Assembly: GCF_036321535.1 (NCBI RefSeq) | Contig: NC_087436.1 | Coordinates: 73,782,001-73,846,000, forward strand | From: Camelus dromedarius | Taxonomy: Eukaryota | DNA length: 64,000 nucleotides | Reading direction: 5' to 3' | Shown here: positions 25,357 to 38,458 of the stretch, one piece after another | Layout: each line of letters opens with the position of its first letter | Position numbering within the stretch: position 1 is the stretch's first letter | Notes under the pieces: model-generated | Databases searched by the model: none | The model's input: the letters and a program-made list of their open reading frames with translations, nothing else | What the model was told of the DNA's origin: nothing | Made by a program: the position numbers and the translations under genes

Positions 25357-26319
25357 TGTATTTAATTGTTGGATTACCTGGGGCAGTGGAATTCTGATTG
25401 CCGTTCATTCTTTCATTCAAGAAGATTGTCTTCCTGTTTTCAGTCCTGTGAATTCATCCTCTGTCCTTCATATAACTATACAAAGGAACATTCTTTTAAA
25501 AAACCTAATTTTTTCTCTTTCCTTGTTTTTAAATCATATATGAGGCCTATTTTAACATCAGACAACCTTTTAATTTCACCTTGTTTCTATTTTGCTGACT
25601 ATAACAGCTAATGAAGTCTCCTGAAGAACTGTACTTCTGAATTTATATCCGTTTCTTTTTGCATGTTTAACAATTTTTACATATATGTATATCTCAAACA
25701 CTTATTTAGTACATAAAGTTGTGTAAGTTGTAGATTTTTGTAAAAGATTCTTTTTTTCTCGTGTGTTGTTTTTATTTCTTGGATTTTGCTTTGATGTAAC
25801 TCTTGTTTTCTTTGTATCTTTACTTTTTCCTCTTTAGTTTTCTAAATCTACTTTAAATATGTCACTTGCGTACACTTAAACATCATATCAAAGGGACTTT
25901 TAAATAGGTGAATTTAATTATTTATTGTGTAATTGATAATCTGTAAGCTTTTAAAAATGCTTCCTTGCTGTTTCTTTTCTGTGTTTGTTTTCCTTGGTTT
26001 CTTTCTAACTTTGAATATATTTTCTTTAACATTTTCTGACATGATTTGAACAAAATACTTTGTTTTATGTTTTGCTAGTAACCTTAAAAGTGTTTTTACC
26101 TGCCTTTTTCTAATTATTTACATCTACCATGAATAGAATCTTCTGTTTCCTCCCTTTGTAAGATGAGAAAAAAAATCACTGTAACTTTCTTTCAAATATT
26201 TCTTATTTCCTAGTTTTTTTTTTTTTTTTTTTTAGTATAACCTGGGATTTATAACTAGTTTACTATTTTCAGATGATTATTTTGGATTACTCAACTTTTT
26301 TGGGGAGAATTATTACATT

Positions 26320-27149
26320 TTTAAAAACTGAAGTGTAGTCAGTTATACTGTGTCAATCTCTGCATAGTGTCCAGTCATAGATATACATATTTGTTTTCAT
26401 ATTTTTCATTAAAGGTTATTATAAGGTACTGAATATAGTTCCCTATGCTATACAAAAGAAAATTGTTTTTTAATCTATTTTTATATATAGTAGTTAATAT
26501 TTGAAAATCTCAACCTCCCAAATCTATCCCTTCCCACTCCTTTTCCCCTTAGTAACCATAGATTGTTTACTATGTCTGCGAGTCTGTTTCTGTTTTGTAG
26601 GTGAGTTCATTAGTCTCTTCTTTTTTCTTTTTTTTTTTTTTTTTTGATTCTGCATATGAGTGATATCATGTGGTATTTTTCTTTCTCTTTCTGGCTTCAC
26701 TTAGAATGACAATCTCCAGATCTATTCATGTTGCCACAGATGGCATTATTTTATTCTTTTTTATGACCGAATAGTATTCCATTGTATAAATATACCACAG
26801 CTTCCTTATCCAGTCATCTGTTGATGGACATTTAGGTTTCCATGTCTTGGCTATTGTAAACAGTGCTGCTGTGAACATTGGGGTGCTTGTATCTTTTCGA
26901 ATTAGAGTTCCCTCCAGATATATACCCAAGGAATTTCTGGATCATATAGTAAGTCTGTTTTTAGTTTTTTGAGAAATCTCCATACTGTTTCCATAATGGC
27001 TGCACCAAACTACATTCCCACCAACTATGTAGGAGGGTAACTTTTTCTCCACACCTTTCACAGCATATATCATTTGTGGACTTTTTAATGATGGCCGTTC
27101 TGACTAGTGTGAGGTGATACCTCATTGTAGTTTTGATTTGCATTTCTCT
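26320..27149 (-). mobile_element. 5'-truncated LINE-1 (ORF2 C-terminus + 3'UTR)
   Basis: Minus ORFs [12 protein letters not shown]... and [16 protein letters not shown]; degenerate flanking repeat GGAGA..ATTACATTTT on both sides. Confidence 0.9.
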
Positions 27150-30100
27150 GGAGAGTTATCATTACATTTTATTTTGAAATCATTTATTTATTTAGACATA
27201 TCCTGCGTTTAAGTTATTTTATCAACCAGTACAAGTTGTCAAAACCTCTTAGTCTTGGAGAGAAGCAAGGTGGTGGAGTAGAAGGATGCTTGTAGCTCAC
27301 CCTCTCCCACAAATACACCAAAACTCACATCTACGGACCTACTCAGCCAACCAGAACACCTGCCGAACTCCGACAGAACATCGCCCTTTTCGAAAGACAA
27401 CGACACCAAAAATCTGGTAAGAGGAAAGGAAAAAAGAAAGAAGAAAAAGCAAACCAGTGTGGGACCAGTCCTGTGGTGAGGGAGCGGCAAAGGAGGACTG
27501 GCGCTTGTTCACTGGGTCTCCCTCTCCAACGGAGAGGCCGGCAGGACGGAGGGGGAGCCTCTGAGGCTCAGATCTGCCCCGAGCACCCCTTGACCGACAG
27601 AACTGAGTTAAACGGGCACAAAGGGTCCCTGCAACACCCAGCCCAAGACACGAGCCAGCAGTTGGGGCCGGGACAGGCTGCCTGAGCCCTGTGGAGGACT
27701 GGGGCAGCTGCACTGAGGCAGCCCTGAGGGACTGCAGGGTGCTGCGCGCTGTAGCTGGGAGGGGATACGGAGCAGAACAACCTCAGTTCCCCATAAATTG
27801 CAAAAAAAAAGCAAAGCAAGATGGCTGGTGTGCCCTGGGTGGAGGGGTGCTGTAGCCCTTGTCTCCTCAGACCTGCGCCGTCATTACTGGTGCTTCTCCC
27901 GAGAAGAGAGGCGGGGCGCAGCCACAGCTGCCATCTCCTCCTGTGTGCAGCACCTGGGTGGGGGCGGGGGCTGTGGCGGGGCCAAGCCCTGAATCCGCAC
28001 CCGGGGGCTCTGCAACCTCCTAGGCAGGACTGACACGTGTTTACAGCCCGAGGCAGATAGGATCTTTCTGCCCTGGCACCTCAGAGAACTCGCGCCGCCA
28101 AGACAAACAAGGAGTTGATTTGACACGGAGCGGGACTGGGCCGTTTTGCGGTCTTCCCTGATCCCGCCTTCAGAGCACTGACCGGAGGCGGAGTGGGTAG
28201 CTGCACAGAGCAGCAGGCAGCAACTGCTTTCCTGGCAGGAGAGGAGGGGCAGCAACCCGCTTTCCTGGCAGGAATGCAGCACCTGACCACCATGCTGGGA
28301 GGGGGCGCGATCCACCCACCTGCCTCGCCTGAGCCCAGCATCTGACTGCGGCATCGGGAGGGGGAGTGACCCGCCCACCCACCAGGTAAGACCTCAGCAC
28401 CTGACCCAGTGTTGGGAGGGGGCGCGATCTGCTAGCCAGCAGCCACTGGGAGCAGCACAGATGAGGGCGCCAACCAAGGGCCTCTGGAAATGGCATGCTG
28501 AGTTTGCGAAAGAGAACAAAGACACAAAGACCTCTCAATAAAATCATTAGGAGCACACTGTCTCCAGGAGAACTAGAAAACTGATACTCCTTAAGCCACA
28601 GTGCCAGAGAGATATGAGCGATATGAAGAAGCAGAGGAACCACTCCCAATTAAAAGATTAAGAGAAATCCCCTGAAAGCACGATCAAGGAAATAGACACT
28701 GATGGCCTACTAGATCAAGATTTCAAAAAAGGAGTGATAAAAGTATTGAAGGAACTAAAAGAAATAGTGTTTAGAGATATAAAATATGTCAAAAACGAAA
28801 TAGAAGCTATAAAGAAGAACCAAGTAGAATTAGTAAACTCATTTGCTGAGATGAGAGCTGACCTAAAGACTGTACAGAGAGATGGAGAAGATGGCGGAGT
28901 CGAAGGACGCTCGCAGGTCACCCTCTCCCACAAATACACCAAGACCCACATCTACAGACCCACTCAGCCAACCAGAGCACCTGTGGAACTCCGACAGAAC
29001 ATCGCCCTCTTCAAAAGATAAAGATGCCAAAAATCTGGTAGGAGAAAAGGAAAAAAGAAAGAACAAAAGGCAAAGCAGCACGGGATGGGTCCCGCAGGGA
29101 GGGAGCGGCAAAGGAGGACTGGCGCTCACTCGCTGGGTCTCCCCTCTCCAACTGAGAGGCCAGCAGGACGGAGGGGGAGCCTCCGAGGCTCGGATCTGTA
29201 CAGAGCAGCCCTTGACTAACAGAACTAAGTTAAACGGGCACAGAGCGTCCCCCAGACACCCAGCCTGAGACGCGGGCCGGCATCGGCGGGCAGGGCCAGG
29301 GCCAGGCTGCACAAGCCGGGCGGAGGACGGAAGTGGCTGCACGGAGGCAGCCCCGGGGGAACGCAAGGGACTGCGCGCTGTGGCTGTGGGTGCACAGGGC
29401 AGAACAACCTGCGCCCTCCATAAAACAGCAAGGTTGATGTGCTCTCGGGGGAAGGGTGCACGCCCCCATCTCTGAGAACCCGCGGAGGGTTTTCGGGGGA
29501 AGAGAGGCGGGGCTCAGGCGCAGCCGCCTTATTCTCCGTGCTGAGCAATCAGGCGGGGGTGGGGCGAAACCTGCATCCGCACCGAAGGGCTTAGCAGCCT
29601 CAAAGGCCAGACTGAGACTGGCCTGCAGCCCGGGGCAGATAGGATCCTTCCATCCTGGTCCCTCAGAGAACTTGCTCCACAAAGACAAACAAGGAGCTGG
29701 GTTTTGGCTCGGAGCAGGGACACGGCTGTCCCTCGGTCTTCCCGGAGCCCACCCGCGGAGCACCGACCAGGGCCGAGCGCGCAGCCGCACAGAGCAGCGG
29801 AGCTACCGGCGGCGGCGCAGGTAGAGCGAGAGCGGCCCCCCGCCTTTCGGGCAGGAACACAGCTCCTGACCGAGGTGCTGGGAGGGGGCACGACCTGCCC
29901 TCCTACCCGGCCAGTCTGAAACATCTGACTGCGGCATCCGGAGGGGCAGCGACCCGCTCGCCCACAGCAGAGAGCTGCACCTGACCCAGTGTTAGGAAGA
30001 GGCGCGATCTGCTTGCCGACAGGTGCTGGGAGCAGCACAGAAGAGGGCGCCAACGGAGGGCCTCTGAAAACAGCAAGCTGAGCTTCCAAAACAGGACGAA

Positions 30101-30554
30101 GACAGAAGGACTTCACATTAAAAGCACACAGACTCCAGGAGAACACTGACAAACCCCCCACTTTTTTTTTTTAATCTGTTTTTACCTGTTCTATTTTCTA
30201 TTACTCTGTTAATCTTTACTTCTTAATTCATTTCTATTTCTCTTGGGTTTTGATGTCCTGCTATTGATTAGACACAGGTTTCAAATACATCTATTCATCT
30301 CCCCCCCCCTTTTTTTGTAAAGGTTTCAAAAGGACGTCTCAACCCGATTAATACTCTGCTCCAGCTCACTCTTCTGTTATTCATTATACACTGTTTTCAA
30401 ACCCTCTTTCTCCCTTCTTTTAAAATTCTTTCTCTCTCTCTCATTTTTTTTCTTTTTTTCCTAAGTTCTATTCCTAAATAGGCATCAGAGAGAGAAAATC
30501 ATTAAGGACCAAAATAAACAAGTGATACTCCATAAACCACAGTGCCAAAGAGGT

Positions 30555-31465
30555 ATGAGCGAGATGAAGAAGCAGAAAAACCTTTCCCAATTAAAAGAAC
30601 AAGAGAAATCCCCTGAAAGAAAGATAAACGAAATAGACATCGATAAGCCTACTAGATCAAGATTTCAAAAAAGGAGTGATCGAATTGCTGAAGGAATTAA
30701 AAGAGAGAGTGTTTAGAGATATAAAATATGTCAAAAATGAAATTGAAGCTATAAAGAAGAGCCAAGTAGAATGGGTAAACTCATTGACAGAGATGAGGAA
30801 TGATCTAATAGCTGTGCAAAGCCGACCAGATAATGCAGAGGAACGAATTAGTGATCTAGAAGACAGGGCAATAGAAAGCACCCATTCAGAAGAACTACAA
30901 GAGGAGCAAATAAAAAATAATGAAAATAGCATAAGGGACCTATGGGATAATATAAAGCGTCCCAATCTTCGCATAATAGGGGTCCCAGAAGGAGAGGAAA
31001 GATCAAAGGGGATTGAAAAGGTTTTTGAAGAAATCATGACTGAAAACTTCCCAAACTTAAAGAAGGAATCAGATATCCAAGTACAGGAAGCTCAGAGGGT
31101 CCCAAACAGGAAGAACCCAAATAGACCCACACCAAGACATATCATAATCAAGATGGCCAGAGTCAAGGATAAAGAAATGATTCTAAAGGCAGCAAGAGAA
31201 AAGCAAAGAGTAAGTTACAAGGGAACCCCCATAAGGCTCTCAGCTGATTTCTCTACACAAACACTACAGGCCAGAAGGGAGTGGCAAGATATGTTCAAAG
31301 CCCTGAATGAAAAAAAGATGCAGCCTAGGATCCTTTATCCAGCAAGGCTATCCTTGAGGATAGAAGGAGAAATAAAGAGTTTCACAGACAAAAAAAAAAA
31401 AAAAGCTGCAGGAGTTTAGCAACACTAAACCCATGCTAAAAGAAATATTGAAAGGGCTATTCTAA
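30555..31465 (+). pseudogene. L1 ORF1p of element B, disrupted by two frameshifts
   Basis: MSEMKKQKN... start; +1 nt near 30645 relative to element A; A15 run at 31390-31404 shifts frame again. Core has RPNLRIIGVPE, RPTPRHIIIK, ARREW, YPARLS. Confidence 0.88.
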
Positions 31466-31869
31466 ATAGAAAAGCAGCAGGATGCTACAGAAATGAGAAA
31501 CACACAACTGGAAAGGTGATAACTCATGAATTACAAATAAAGTAAACATGAAATTATAAAAGAAGACATACAAATCACTGAGAGTGGGAGAGGGAGGCAG
31601 GGAAATATAGAATATTTTTTTCTTTCTTTTTTAAATTTTTTTAACAGTAGGATGGGTTTGAGATCACGTTACTATCAGTTTAATAAAAACAGTTATAGTA
31701 ATGGGTTGATAGATTTACAAAAAAGGGTAACCACAAGCCAAAAATTTACAAAGGAGTCACAAAAATTAAATAAAATCCATGAAAATACAAAGGAAAATTA
31801 CCAAACCACAAAAGGAAGAAGAAAGGAACAAAGAGGATATACCAATTCAACTGCAAATATAAGTTCAAA

Positions 31870-34800
31870 ATGGCAATAAACACACATCTATCATTAATTA
31901 CTGTAAATGTTAATGGACTAAATGCTCCAGTCAAAAGACACAGAGTGGCACACTGGATAATAAAGCAAGAACCTTCAATATGCTGCATACAAGAGACCCA
32001 CTTTAGGGAGAAGGACACATATAGATTGAGAGTGAAAGGATGGAAAAGGATATTCCATGCAAATGGAAAAGCCAAAAAAGCAGGTGTTGCAGTACTGATT
32101 TCAGACAAAATAGACTTTAAAACAAAGGCCATAAAGAAAGATAAAGAAGGACATTTTATAATGATTAAAGGAGTGATACAAGATGAGGATATTACACTCG
32201 TTAATATATATGCACCCAATATAGGAGCACTTAAGTACATACAAGAATTACTAACAGAGATAAAGGGGGATATTGATGGGAATACAATCATAGTTGGAGA
32301 TTTTAACACTGCATTAACATCTCTAGACAGATCTTCCAGACAGAAAATAAACAAGGCAACAGAGAAATTAAATACTACAATAGAAAAACTAGATTTGGTG
32401 GATATTTTCAGAGCATTACACCCCCCAAAAATAGGATATACATTCTTTTCAAGTGCACGTGGAACATTTTCCAGGATCAATCATGTACTTGGGCACAAAA
32501 GAAACCTCAACAATTTTAAGAAGATAGAAATTATCTCAAGCATCTTTACTGACCACAATGCCATGAAACTGGAAATCAACAACAGAGAAACAAAGGAGAA
32601 AAAAAGGAAAGCATGGAGATTAAACAATATGTTATTGAAAAAACAATGGATCAATGAGGAAATCAAAGCTGAAATTAAAAAATACCTTGAGACAAATGAT
32701 AATGAAAGCACAACCACTCAAAACCTATGGGACACAGCAAAGGCAGTGCTAAGAGGGAAGTTTATAGCGATACAGGCCTTCCTCAAAAAAGAAGAACAAT
32801 CTCAAATAAACAATTTAACCCACCACCTGAATGAATTAGAAAAAGAAGAACAAAAAGCCCCAAAAAGCAGCAGAAGGAAGGAAATAATAAAGATCAGAGA
32901 GGAATTAAATACAATAGAGATTAACAAGACCATAGAAAAAATCAACCAAACCAAAAGCTGGTTTTTTGAAAAAGTAAATAAAATCGACAAACCTCTGGCC
33001 AAACTCACAAAGAAGAAAAAAGAGAGAGCACAAATTAGCAAAATAAGAAAGGAAAATGGAGAAATTACAACAAACAAAATAGAAATACAGAATATCATAC
33101 AAGAATATTATGAAAAAGTATATGGAACCAAACTGGATAACCTGGAGGAGATGGACAAGTTTCTGGAAACATACTGTCCACCAAAACTGAATCAAGAAGA
33201 ATCTGAACACTTGAACAATCTGATCACTAGAAAGGAAATAGAAATAGCAATTAAAAACCTCCCTACAAATAAAAGTCCAGGACCGGACGGCTTCACCGGG
33301 GAATTCTACCAAACATACAAAGAAGAACTCATACCAGTCCTTCTCAAACTCTTCCAGACGATTGAAAAGGAGGGAATACTCCCAAACTCATTCTATGAAG
33401 CCACCATCACCCTGATACCAAAACCAGGCAAAGACACTACAAAAAAAGAGAATTATAGGCCAGTATCACTGATGAACATAGACGCCAAAATCCTCACCAA
33501 AATTTTAGCAAATAGAATCCAACAACACATAAAAAAGATTATACATCATGACCAAGTGGGGTTCATCCCAGGGACACAAGGATGGTTTGACATACGCAAA
33601 TCAATCAGTGTAATACATCACATCAACAAGAGAAAGGACAAAAACCACATGATCATCTCAATCGATGCAGAAAAAGCATTTGATAAAATTCAACACCCAT
33701 TTATGATAAAAACTCTCGCCAAAGTGGGTATAGAGGGAACATATCTCAACATAATAAAAGCTATATATGACAAACCTACAGCCAGCATAGTACTGAACGG
33801 TGAAAAACTCGAAAGCTTCCCACTAAAATCTGGGACAAGACAAAGATGCCCAGTATCACCACTCCTATTCAACATAGTCCTGGAAGTCCTAGCCACAGCA
33901 GTCAGGCAAGAGAAAGAAATAAAAGGGATCCAAATTGGAAAAGAAGAGGTAAAAGTGTCATTATATGCTGATGACATGTTACTATATATAGAAAACCCTA
34001 AAAGATCCACACAAAAGCTGCTAGAGCTGATTGAAGAATTCAGCAAGGTAGCAGGTTACAAAATTAACGTTCAAAAATCAGTTGCATTTCTTTACACTAA
34101 CGATAAATCAATAGAAGAAGAAAGTAAAGAAACAATCCCCTTTAAAATAGCACCCAAAGTAATAAAATATCTGGGAATAAATCTAGCCAAGGAGGTGAAA
34201 GAATTATACACAGAAAACTATAAACCATTGATGAAGGAAATTAAAGAAGACTTTAAAAAATGGAAAGATATTCCATGCTCTTGGATTGGAAGAATCAATA
34301 TTGTTAAAATGGTCACACTGCCCAAGGCAATCTACAGATTTAATGCAATCCCTATCCAATTACCCAGGACATATTTCACAGAACTAGAACAAATCATAAT
34401 AAAATTCATATGGAACCATCAAAGACCTAGAATTGCCAAAGCATTACTGAAGAGAAAGAAAGAGGCTGGAGGAATAACTCTCCCAGACTTCAGACAATAC
34501 TATAGAGCTACAGTCATCAAGACAGCATGGTATTGGTACCAAAACAGACATATAGACCAATGGAACAGAATAGAGAGCCCAGAAATGAACCCACAAACTT
34601 TTGGTCAACTCATCTTTGACGAAGGAGGCAAGAATATACATTGGAATGAAGACAGTCTCTTCAGCAAATGGTGTTGGGAAAACTGGACAGCAGCATGTAA
34701 AACAATGAAGCTAGAACACTCCCTTATACCATATACAAAAATCAACTCAAAATGGATTAAAGACTTAAACATAAGACAAGATACAATAAACCTCCTAGAA

Positions 34801-35667
34801 GAAAACATAGACAAAACATTATCTGACATACATTTAAAAAATTTTCTCCTAGAAGAAATAAAAGCAAGAATAAACAAATGGGACCTAATAAAACTTACAA
34901 GCTTCTGCACAGCAAAGGAAACCAGAAATAAAACAAGAAGAAAACCTACGGAATGGGAGAAAATTTTTGCAAGTGAAACCAACAAAGGCTTGATCTCCAG
35001 AATATATAAGCAGCTCATACGACTCAATAAGAAAAAAATAAACAACCCAATCCAAAAATGGGCAGAAGACCTAAACAAGCAATTCTTCAAGGAAGACATA
35101 CAAATGATCAAAAGGCATATGAAAAAATGCTCAATATCACTAATTATCAGAGAAATGCAAATCAAAACTACAATGAGGTATCACCTCACACCAGTCAGAA
35201 TGGCCATCATTCAAAAATCCACAAATGACAAATGCTGGAGAGGCTGTGGAGAAAGGCGAACCCTCCTACACTGCTGGTGGGAATGCAGTTTGGTGCAGCC
35301 ACTATGGAAAACAGTGTGGAGATTCCTCAAAAGACTAGGAATAGACTTACCATATGACCCAGGAATCCCACTCCTGGGCTTGTATCCAGAAGGAAATCTA
35401 CTTCAGGATGACACCTGCACCCCAATGTTCATAGCAGCACTATTTACAATAGCCAAAACATGGAAACAGCCTAAATGTCCATCAACAGGTGACTGGATAA
35501 AGAAGAAGTGGTATATTTATACAATGGAATACTACTCAGCCATAAAAACCGACAACATAATGCCATTTGCAGCAACATGGATGCTCTTGGAGAATGTCAT
35601 TCTAAGTGAAGTAAGCCAGAAAGAGAAAGAAAAATACCATATGAGATCGCTCATATGTGGAATCTAA
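31870..35667 (+). CDS. L1 ORF2p (APE endonuclease, reverse transcriptase, C-terminal Cys-rich domain), 1265 aa open frame
   Basis: [29 protein letters not shown] and CWRGC...HCWWEC motifs. Confidence 0.95.
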   Translation: MAINTHLSLITVNVNGLNAPVKRHRVAHWIIKQEPSICCIQETHFREKDTYRLRVKGWKRIFHANGKAKKAGVAVLISDKIDFKTKAIKKDKEGHFIMIKGVIQDEDITLVNIYAPNIGALKYIQELLTEIKGDIDGNTIIVGDFNTALTSLDRSSRQKINKATEKLNTTIEKLDLVDIFRALHPPKIGYTFFSSARGTFSRINHVLGHKRNLNNFKKIEIISSIFTDHNAMKLEINNRETKEKKRKAWRLNNMLLKKQWINEEIKAEIKKYLETNDNESTTTQNLWDTAKAVLRGKFIAIQAFLKKEEQSQINNLTHHLNELEKEEQKAPKSSRRKEIIKIREELNTIEINKTIEKINQTKSWFFEKVNKIDKPLAKLTKKKKERAQISKIRKENGEITTNKIEIQNIIQEYYEKVYGTKLDNLEEMDKFLETYCPPKLNQEESEHLNNLITRKEIEIAIKNLPTNKSPGPDGFTGEFYQTYKEELIPVLLKLFQTIEKEGILPNSFYEATITLIPKPGKDTTKKENYRPVSLMNIDAKILTKILANRIQQHIKKIIHHDQVGFIPGTQGWFDIRKSISVIHHINKRKDKNHMIISIDAEKAFDKIQHPFMIKTLAKVGIEGTYLNIIKAIYDKPTASIVLNGEKLESFPLKSGTRQRCPVSPLLFNIVLEVLATAVRQEKEIKGIQIGKEEVKVSLYADDMLLYIENPKRSTQKLLELIEEFSKVAGYKINVQKSVAFLYTNDKSIEEESKETIPFKIAPKVIKYLGINLAKEVKELYTENYKPLMKEIKEDFKKWKDIPCSWIGRINIVKMVTLPKAIYRFNAIPIQLPRTYFTELEQIIIKFIWNHQRPRIAKALLKRKKEAGGITLPDFRQYYRATVIKTAWYWYQNRHIDQWNRIESPEMNPQTFGQLIFDEGGKNIHWNEDSLFSKWCWENWTAACKTMKLEHSLIPYTKINSKWIKDLNIRQDTINLLEENIDKTLSDIHLKNFLLEEIKARINKWDLIKLTSFCTAKETRNKTRRKPTEWEKIFASETNKGLISRIYKQLIRLNKKKINNPIQKWAEDLNKQFFKEDIQMIKRHMKKCSISLIIREMQIKTTMRYHLTPVRMAIIQKSTNDKCWRGCGERRTLLHCWWECSLVQPLWKTVWRFLKRLGIDLPYDPGIPLLGLYPEGNLLQDDTCTPMFIAALFTIAKTWKQPKCPSTGDWIKKKWYIYTMEYYSAIKTDNIMPFAATWMLLENVILSEVSQKEKEKYHMRSLICGI

Positions 35668-38458
35668 AAAACAAAAACAAAAACAAACAAACAAAAACAA
35701 AGCGTAAATAAAGGACAGAAATAGACTCACAGACAGAGAATACAGACTTGTGGTTACCAGGGGGGCGGAGGGTGGGAAGGGATAGACTGGGATTTCAAAA
35801 TTGTAGAATAGACTACTCTGTATAGCACAGGGAAATATACACAAAATGTTATGATAACTCACAGAGAAAAAAATGTGACAATGAGTGTGTATATGTCCAT
35901 GAATGACTGAAAAATTGTGCTGAACACTGGAATTTGACACAACATTGTAAAATGATTATAAATCAATAAAAAATGTTAAAAAAAAAAAAAACCGACTGTA
36001 CAAAGCAGGCTATATAATGCAGAGGAACGAATAAGTGACCTAGGAGACAGGACAACAGAAAGCACCCAATCAGAACAGCTGAGAGAAAAACAAATGAGAA
36101 ACAATGAAAATAATATAAGGGACCTATGGGATAATATAAAGCATGCCAATCTATGCATAATACGGGTTCCAGAAGGGGAAGAAAGAACAAAATGGACTGA
36201 AAATGTATTTGAAGAAATCATGACTGAAAACTTCCCAAACCTAAAGGAATCAGATATCCAAGTACAGGAGGCTCAGAGGGTCCCAAACAGGAAGAACCCA
36301 AACAGACCCACACCAAGACATATCATAATCAAGATGGCCAGAGTCAAGGATAAAGAAACGATCCTAAAGGCAGCAAAAGAAAAACAAAGAGTGAGTTACA
36401 AGGGAACCCCCATAAGGCTCTCAGCTGATTTCTCTACACAAACACTACAGGCCAGAAGGGAGTGGCAAGACATATTCAAAGTCCTGAATGAAAAAAACGT
36501 GCAGCCTAGGATACTCTATCGAGCAAGGCTATCCTTTAGAATAGAAGGAGAGATAAAGAACTTCACAGACAAGCAAAAACTAAAAGAGTTTAGCAACACT
36601 AAACCCATGCTAAAAGAAATATTGACAGGTCTACTCTAAATAGAAAAGAAGCAGGATGCTACAAAAATGAGAAACTCATAACTGGAAAAGAGATAACTGC
36701 CGTGAATTACAAAAAGAATAAGCACAAAATTGTAAAAGAAGACATCTAAATCATTAAGAGTGGGAGAGGGAAGCAAGGAAAGCCACTGTTTTAAACAGTA
36801 TGGAGATTCCTCAAAAGACTAGGAGTAGGCTTACCATATGACCCAGGAATCCTGCTCCTGGGCATATATCCAGAAGGAACACTACTTCAAAATGACATCT
36901 GCACCCCAGTGTTCATAGTAGCACTATTTACAATAGCCAAGACATGGAAACAGCTTAAATGTCCATCAACAGATGACTGAATAAAGGTGATGTGGTATGT
37001 TTATACGATGTATACTGTTCAGCCACAAAAACCGACAACGTAACGCCATTTGCAGCAACATGGATGTTCCTGGAGAATGTCATTCTATGTGAAGTAAGCC
37101 AGAAAGAGAAAGAAAAATAACATATGAGATCACTCATATGAGGAATCTTAAAAAAAAACATAAATACAAAACAGAAACAGACTCATAGGCATAGAATATA
37201 AACTTGTGGTTGCTAAGGGGGCAGGGGATGGGAAGGGACAGACTGGGATTTTTAAATGCAGGATTGATAAACAAGATTATACTGTATAGCACAGGGAAAT
37301 ATATACAAGATCTTGTGGTAGCTCATAGTGGAAAAAAAAGTGACAGTGAATATATATATATGTTCATGTATAACTGAAAAATTGTGCTCTACATTGGAAT
37401 TTGACACAACATTGCAAAATGACTATTACTCAATTAAAAAAAATGTTAAAAAAACCCAAAAACCTCTTAGTCTTTATTTTAATTAATCTCAAAGTAGCTG
37501 GAATATTATTTCTTTTTCTCATTCATTCATTCATTTAGCATGCATAATCCAAGACAAATTTTCTCACAGGAAAGTAAAGTAAAAGGAATATGTTCTTGGA
37601 TCTCATAAATCCTAATCCATTATTTTTTCTTCACTTCAAGACCTCAGGTAATATGTAGATTCAAAATTATGCAGAGTTGGAAGAGGAAATGGTTTTGTGC
37701 TTTAACCTTTTTACTTCTTTTTTGAACCATACAGAAAGGTTCTGTGGATGCTCTCTCCTTCCTTAACATCCTTTCCCTCTTTACTGTCTTTTCCTTCCAG
37801 AGTCCCTGCCTTTAAGTTTAACGGAAAGCACCACCCTATTCTACATAGTTCATTGCTCATTCATTTATTCAGAAAATACTTATTTTAGGTGTCTGTTACA
37901 TGTCTGGCACTCTTTTAAGTATTGAAGATAGAACAGTGAACAAAACCAACCAAATTCCTTCTTGTGTCTTTCAAGTTTTGCAGCATTCTAACTTATTTGT
38001 AGAAGGCAGTCTGCCTAATTTCTGCTGGTTCTGTAGATGTGTGTCTTTAGGACTATGACTTCTTCTGACCTTTTTTTTTTTAAAACCTTTTTTTTTAATT
38101 GACATGTAGTCGATTTACAATGTTAGTTTCAGGTATACTGACCTACTTTCTAATGTCACATGAGGAGGATTAATTTCTTTCAGAATATTCTCTCGTCTAG
38201 TGAGCTGGAGAGATCCCTCTTATTTCTGTTCATATAATAAGGTTCCTCTAGCATGGAATGCAGTTTCCTCTGCTTTCCTGAATCCTTTCCTTCCTTTAAG
38301 TTTTAATATCTTCATGAAGCCCTCTTCAGTACATAGTGATTTCTTCTCCTGGCTTTATAGCACTTACTGTCTTGTCTAGCTTTATCCTGAAGAAATATAA
38401 TGGGAGCCACATACTTAATTTTAAATATTCTAGTAGCCACATTTAAAAAGTAAAAAGA

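Larger units (their letters stand above)
28877..35993 (+). mobile_element. Inner full-length LINE-1 (element B, ~7.1 kb)
   Basis: CpG-rich 5'UTR, ORF1, ~400-nt inter-ORF spacer, ORF2, 3'UTR, AATAAA and A-tail; TSD core GACTGTACA at 28868-28876 and 35994-36002. Confidence 0.96.
27257..37458 (+). mobile_element. Outer LINE-1 (element A): 5'UTR, ORF1 split by a nested L1, most of ORF2 deleted, 3'UTR and tail
   Basis: 16-bp TSD AAAACCTCTTAGTCTT at 27241-27256 and 37459-37474; ORF1 28614-28876 + ~36003-36639 with an early TAA at 28659; jump to the ORF2 3' end at ~36781. Confidence 0.92.

Noticed and set aside
27239..30161. Many 100-210 aa ORFs on both strands, including a possible ORF0-like antisense ORF (28863-29366)
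   Set aside because: GC-rich L1 5'UTR is stop-poor. The 167-aa antisense ORF starts at TTG, and the homologous frame in element A is interrupted.
31746..35165. Hydrophobic minus-strand ORFs (244, 186, 135, 118 aa)
   Set aside because: Antisense shadows of the A-rich L1 ORF2.
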